Virus record (IMG/VR): IMGVR_UViG_3300032298_000389
DNA: 64,000 bases
Reading direction: 5' to 3' (one strand)
DNA from: an uncultured virus (IMG/VR IMGVR_UViG_3300032298_000389)
Lineage: Duplodnaviria > Heunggongvirae > Uroviricota > Caudoviricetes
Shown: positions 61,801 through 64,000 of the stretch, piece by piece
Position numbering within the stretch: the stretch's first letter is position 1
Layout of the letters: every line of letters starts with the position of its first letter
Notes under the pieces: model-generated
The model's database searches: none
Told to the model about the DNA's origin: nothing
What the model saw: the letters and a program-made list of their open reading frames with translations, nothing else
Position numbers and translations under genes: made by a program

Positions 61801-64000
61801 ATATAATAAATAGCCCGAGACCATATATTCACCCTACTACAGGAAGAATACACTATATCAAAACACTGAATGATTTACCTGCTATGAATAATAACCGTTT
61901 TGGAATAAACTATAAACAAACAGGTGGACAGATATTACCTAAAGCTGCACGTGGTTTACCGGTAAAAGAAAAGAAATCTATTGAAGTTAAAACTCCTAAA
62001 GAAAAATCTATAGAAGTAAATAATATAACCGTACCAAAAATAAATACATACAGTCCTGCAAAAGATCTTGTTGTTCAGACTATAAAAAATAATCTAAAAG
62101 ATTATAATACAAGAAGACAAGTTGCGCAATCATTAAAAGATCTAGGTTATGTAGGTAAAGACTTTACTGGTATGGATGCATTAAAAGCTGCAAAGAGTGA
62201 ATCAAGTATGAATAAACTTATGCAACTTGCTATTGATAATGATAGAACTGGTTATAGACAAGTTACTGGTGATATTATACCTATTGGTACAAATCTAGGA
62301 GGTTATGGAAATAGAAAATATGATATGACCAAACAACACTTTGGTAGACCAATGTCTCAAATAGACCATATGAGATTAAGTGGTGTTGATTTTTCAGATC
62401 CTTTATCTATTGCTGCTTATCAAGCTTCAACAGTACCTTTTGAACAATATGGTTATAGAGCTGGTATTGACAATGTACATCAAGGAGATGCTGTTTATTT
62501 ATCATCTCTTCCTGGTCCAAATAAATATGGAAAATATCAATTTAAAATAACAATGCCTACTGATTTTAGTAAAGGAAATTGGTTAGATTGGTATGTACGA
62601 GACATTATGGGTAAAAAACCATATATATTAAAAGAACCTTATATCATGGAAAATGGAATTCCTATGACAAGATCCACACCTAAACCAGGTGAAGTATTGT
62701 TTGATTTAGGTGCATCCCAAGGAAAAAGTAAAAACTTGTTTGGTTCTAATAATATTCTTACAGGCAGTGGGTTACAAACAAGACGGTGGATTGGGAGTTA
62801 TGGTACTAAATTAGGAGAGGTTGATCCTAATTTCCAATTTACAGATTTATTTAATATGAATACTGAACAATATAAACAAATGGAAGATTTTAAAGAATCA
62901 TTAATAAAAGGATATAATACAGGATGGAGAGGTCAGTATAAAAGAGGTGGAGAACTTCCTAAAGCAAGGTATGGTTTTCCTGTTAAGTTAAATCAACCTA
63001 GACCAAAACCAAAACCACGTGAGCTTAATTTTAAAGACATGGTTGCTAATGCTAATTGGTTTCCAGATATATCAGGTAAAAAACTTCCTGCATTTAAGCC
63101 AAGTTCTGAATTTAGTGATGCTTATTGGAAAACATGGAATAGTTTACCACAAGAAGGTCAGCATAAAAAAATAAGACCAAACTTAGATCAAGCTACTAAA
63201 GATCTGGCAAAAAATATACCATTTGATAGTTTCTCACCGATAAGATTTGGCAATGAGTATTTACCAAAAGGTGAAGAATGGTATTATGTAAATCCTGAAG
63301 ATTATTATCCATTAATAAATTGGAAAGAGTTAGGACTTAAAGATGCAAATGAATCATTGAATAAATCATTTGAAAAACTTCCTGCATATGGTTCTGATAC
63401 TTTTAAAGATGTAGGAGACTTTGACTTTAAACCTTGGTCAGATGGTTGGGAGGTAAGAAATCAAATGATGAATGCATTTGATGGACCACAGTGGGCTGCA
63501 TCAGGAAAAGACTTCTTTAGTAGACTTGAATTTAATGATATGCTAATGAAGCAGTTAGAGTATGATATGGCAAGGATGAAGTTTGATGATATACTATGGA
63601 ATACTGGTAAATTAGATGATTATGTACAAAGTGTTAAGAATACAGAACAAGGATTACCTCCTTTTGATCCTGAACTTTTTTCACATTTATTTCCGGATGT
63701 AGGTATGCCTAATTGGAGATCTAAATTTACTAAACCTGAACAAGAAGAGTATTTAAAAAACTATGTAGGTGGTTATAACTCAAGTGTAGCTAACAAAGGT
63801 TTATTAAGTGAGAGTGCTTTAAAAAATATAAACTTTGGAACAGAAAAATTACCAATATTAAATAATTTTAAATCCTCTACATTAAAGCCATTTAAAGGAC
63901 GTGATGCATGGAATCAAATAACCTCTGAACCAGGATATAAAAATAAAAAGGGTGGAATAAGTATGAAACTATCTAAGTCTGAAATAGACAAGTATGTTAA
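58800..64000 (+). CDS. Giant putative virion cargo protein (over 1700 aa), truncated by the window end
   Basis: Starts at TAATG overlap (MAKYRITSIPQYRGGG...). The same frame is open at the window end (...GGISMKLSKSEIDKYV), and no plus-strand ORF is listed in the track, consistent with no stop. Confidence 0.8.
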   Translation, partial: MAKYRITSIPQYRGGGMKKKKQPVVKSGWDSPVEGFTPDSPLAAFMPNQSMINQPTEYTIDPSQQDIPYNQRTGLEQLATQPEFGDVGYGYKRDPFTGELKTVPAGTTTYERDYFGRLIDNVKANPDAPVDYEGNKLNCGPGKRPWKGVCLTEEEYAQVQAEQEENLSYWDEQEKNKIAKQNEEFFKKAQLDYENEIDTYIKTATTRGNKHKKGSLEPFRTYKKEQWEEKQSDGTTLQDWYNDKDLNVAGKSAFYLDKKDLGDGNYEVRLYPRPAIQGMMVQYGVQPGEFEKFHGLDAKQLKKEYAPFLKDVHNYYLAQGQDFIDKWTKQGFSADEVKRKLVKDKNYGIPSGIESNFKDIAEDFDFINNATKYYVDNNGVMYTKDRTGNVYKYTNDPNNEDFKVVDYSTTDDKKSPFSDSNNKQATFTWQPVDKSNIKVGSEGGLYIDGKETALFDYDYKGRNKNKNENTIISNYKKYINDQTKKIAQTNNFNIAQSSYQSTNDRLFDHVYGNRWMTDLEEISLGDQLTQGGLNNQYVTEYNNAVKKINALTKGKDVSKNPDYYRKEKAKIVEQFFNKVKGTGTKVGDEKVNFGALSGYSEGFGGRDVSAYKDKDKLKQQRDLTTNEEALSHLQYAFANNINPTEKNIINDRYRGEKEGWKEQYGNNFYAFAGSPEGKNFLENYKRQPTYGQALFDEAYKIKETNLLTDKYNKDLQITKQRMAKMNEDMPWYGKAIDQGMALIQHPYDTVMDWKSGKLQTPLLGLIGDQPYQADLDWLDATYGTGASQIYQENLQSMQNDPVSQFTSLINPFYFAGLTGRGLNRRLVHDDPQANWGDIGMNALFAFLPASKKLQGIMGAKLLAPVAKYAPAALKTGKYLPRIGNAVNNLVTPNTALNTYFLNHAFVPHTDPETGKTVQGFGTQAYSNIYDAIGRDENGELKLDWDKISPNLINAYMATHIGKGALGNANQFIGNSLGRPSLINTSKLTQPVTDRLQNFKSDIINSPRPYIHPTTGRIHYIKTLNDLPAMNNNRFGINYKQTGGQILPKAARGLPVKEKKSIEVKTPKEKSIEVNNITVPKINTYSPAKDLVVQTIKNNLKDYNTRRQVAQSLKDLGYVGKDFTGMDALKAAKSESSMNKLMQLAIDNDRTGYRQVTGDIIPIGTNLGGYGNRKYDMTKQHFGRPMSQIDHMRLSGVDFSDPLSIAAYQASTVPFEQYGYRAGIDNVHQGDAVYLSSLPGPNKYGKYQFKITMPTDFSKGNWLDWYVRDIMGKKPYILKEPYIMENGIPMTRSTPKPGEVLFDLGASQGKSKNLFGSNNILTGSGLQTRRWIGSYGTKLGEVDPNFQFTDLFNMNTEQYKQMEDFKESLIKGYNTGWRGQYKRGGELPKARYGFPVKLNQPRPKPKPRELNFKDMVANANWFPDISGKKLPAFKPSSEFSDAYWKTWNSLPQEGQHKKIRPNLDQATKDLAKNIPFDSFSPIRFGNEYLPKGEEWYYVNPEDYYPLINWKELGLKDANESLNKSFEKLPAYGSDTFKDVGDFDFKPWSDGWEVRNQMMNAFDGPQWAASGKDFFSRLEFNDMLMKQLEYDMARMKFDDILWNTGKLDDYVQSVKNTEQGLPPFDPELFSHLFPDVGMPNWRSKFTKPEQEEYLKNYVGGYNSSVANKGLLSESALKNINFGTEKLPILNNFKSSTLKPFKGRDAWNQITSEPGYKNKKGGISMKLSKSEIDKYV

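Overview
AT-rich 64 kb segment of a large lytic Bacteroidota-infecting phage with crAss-like (Crassvirales-type) gene content. It uses the standard genetic code. The left arm (1-13.6 kb, minus strand) holds small early/middle genes: a SplB-like radical SAM protein, ClpS, an SF2 helicase, an HNH-like protein and tRNA-Arg(TCT). It also holds several structured non-coding elements, including a twister-ribozyme-like sequence, and five hairpin-poly(T)-TACAACCC modules. A G-rich island at about 13.7 kb marks the strand switch. The right arm (plus strand) runs as follows: HExxH protein, ATE/Bpt-like aminoacyl-transferase, GroES-like protein, collagen-like fibre, lysis genes (amidase), HU/IHF-like protein, PD-(D/E)XK nuclease, terminase, portal, probable scaffold, major capsid, a cluster of small basic proteins, ferritin, Cys-rich tail proteins, ring and tail-stabilisation proteins, and two giant putative cargo proteins (one with SET and HExxH domains). 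The strongest leads are: (1) a phage-encoded N-degron toolkit (ClpS plus an ATE/Bpt-like transferase coupled to a HExxH protein); (2) a 3'-UTR hairpin whose loop is the exact antisense of a decamer found at the start codons of five phage genes; (3) the ribozyme and ncRNA candidates in the early region. All calls come from reading motifs by eye; no database searches were run.
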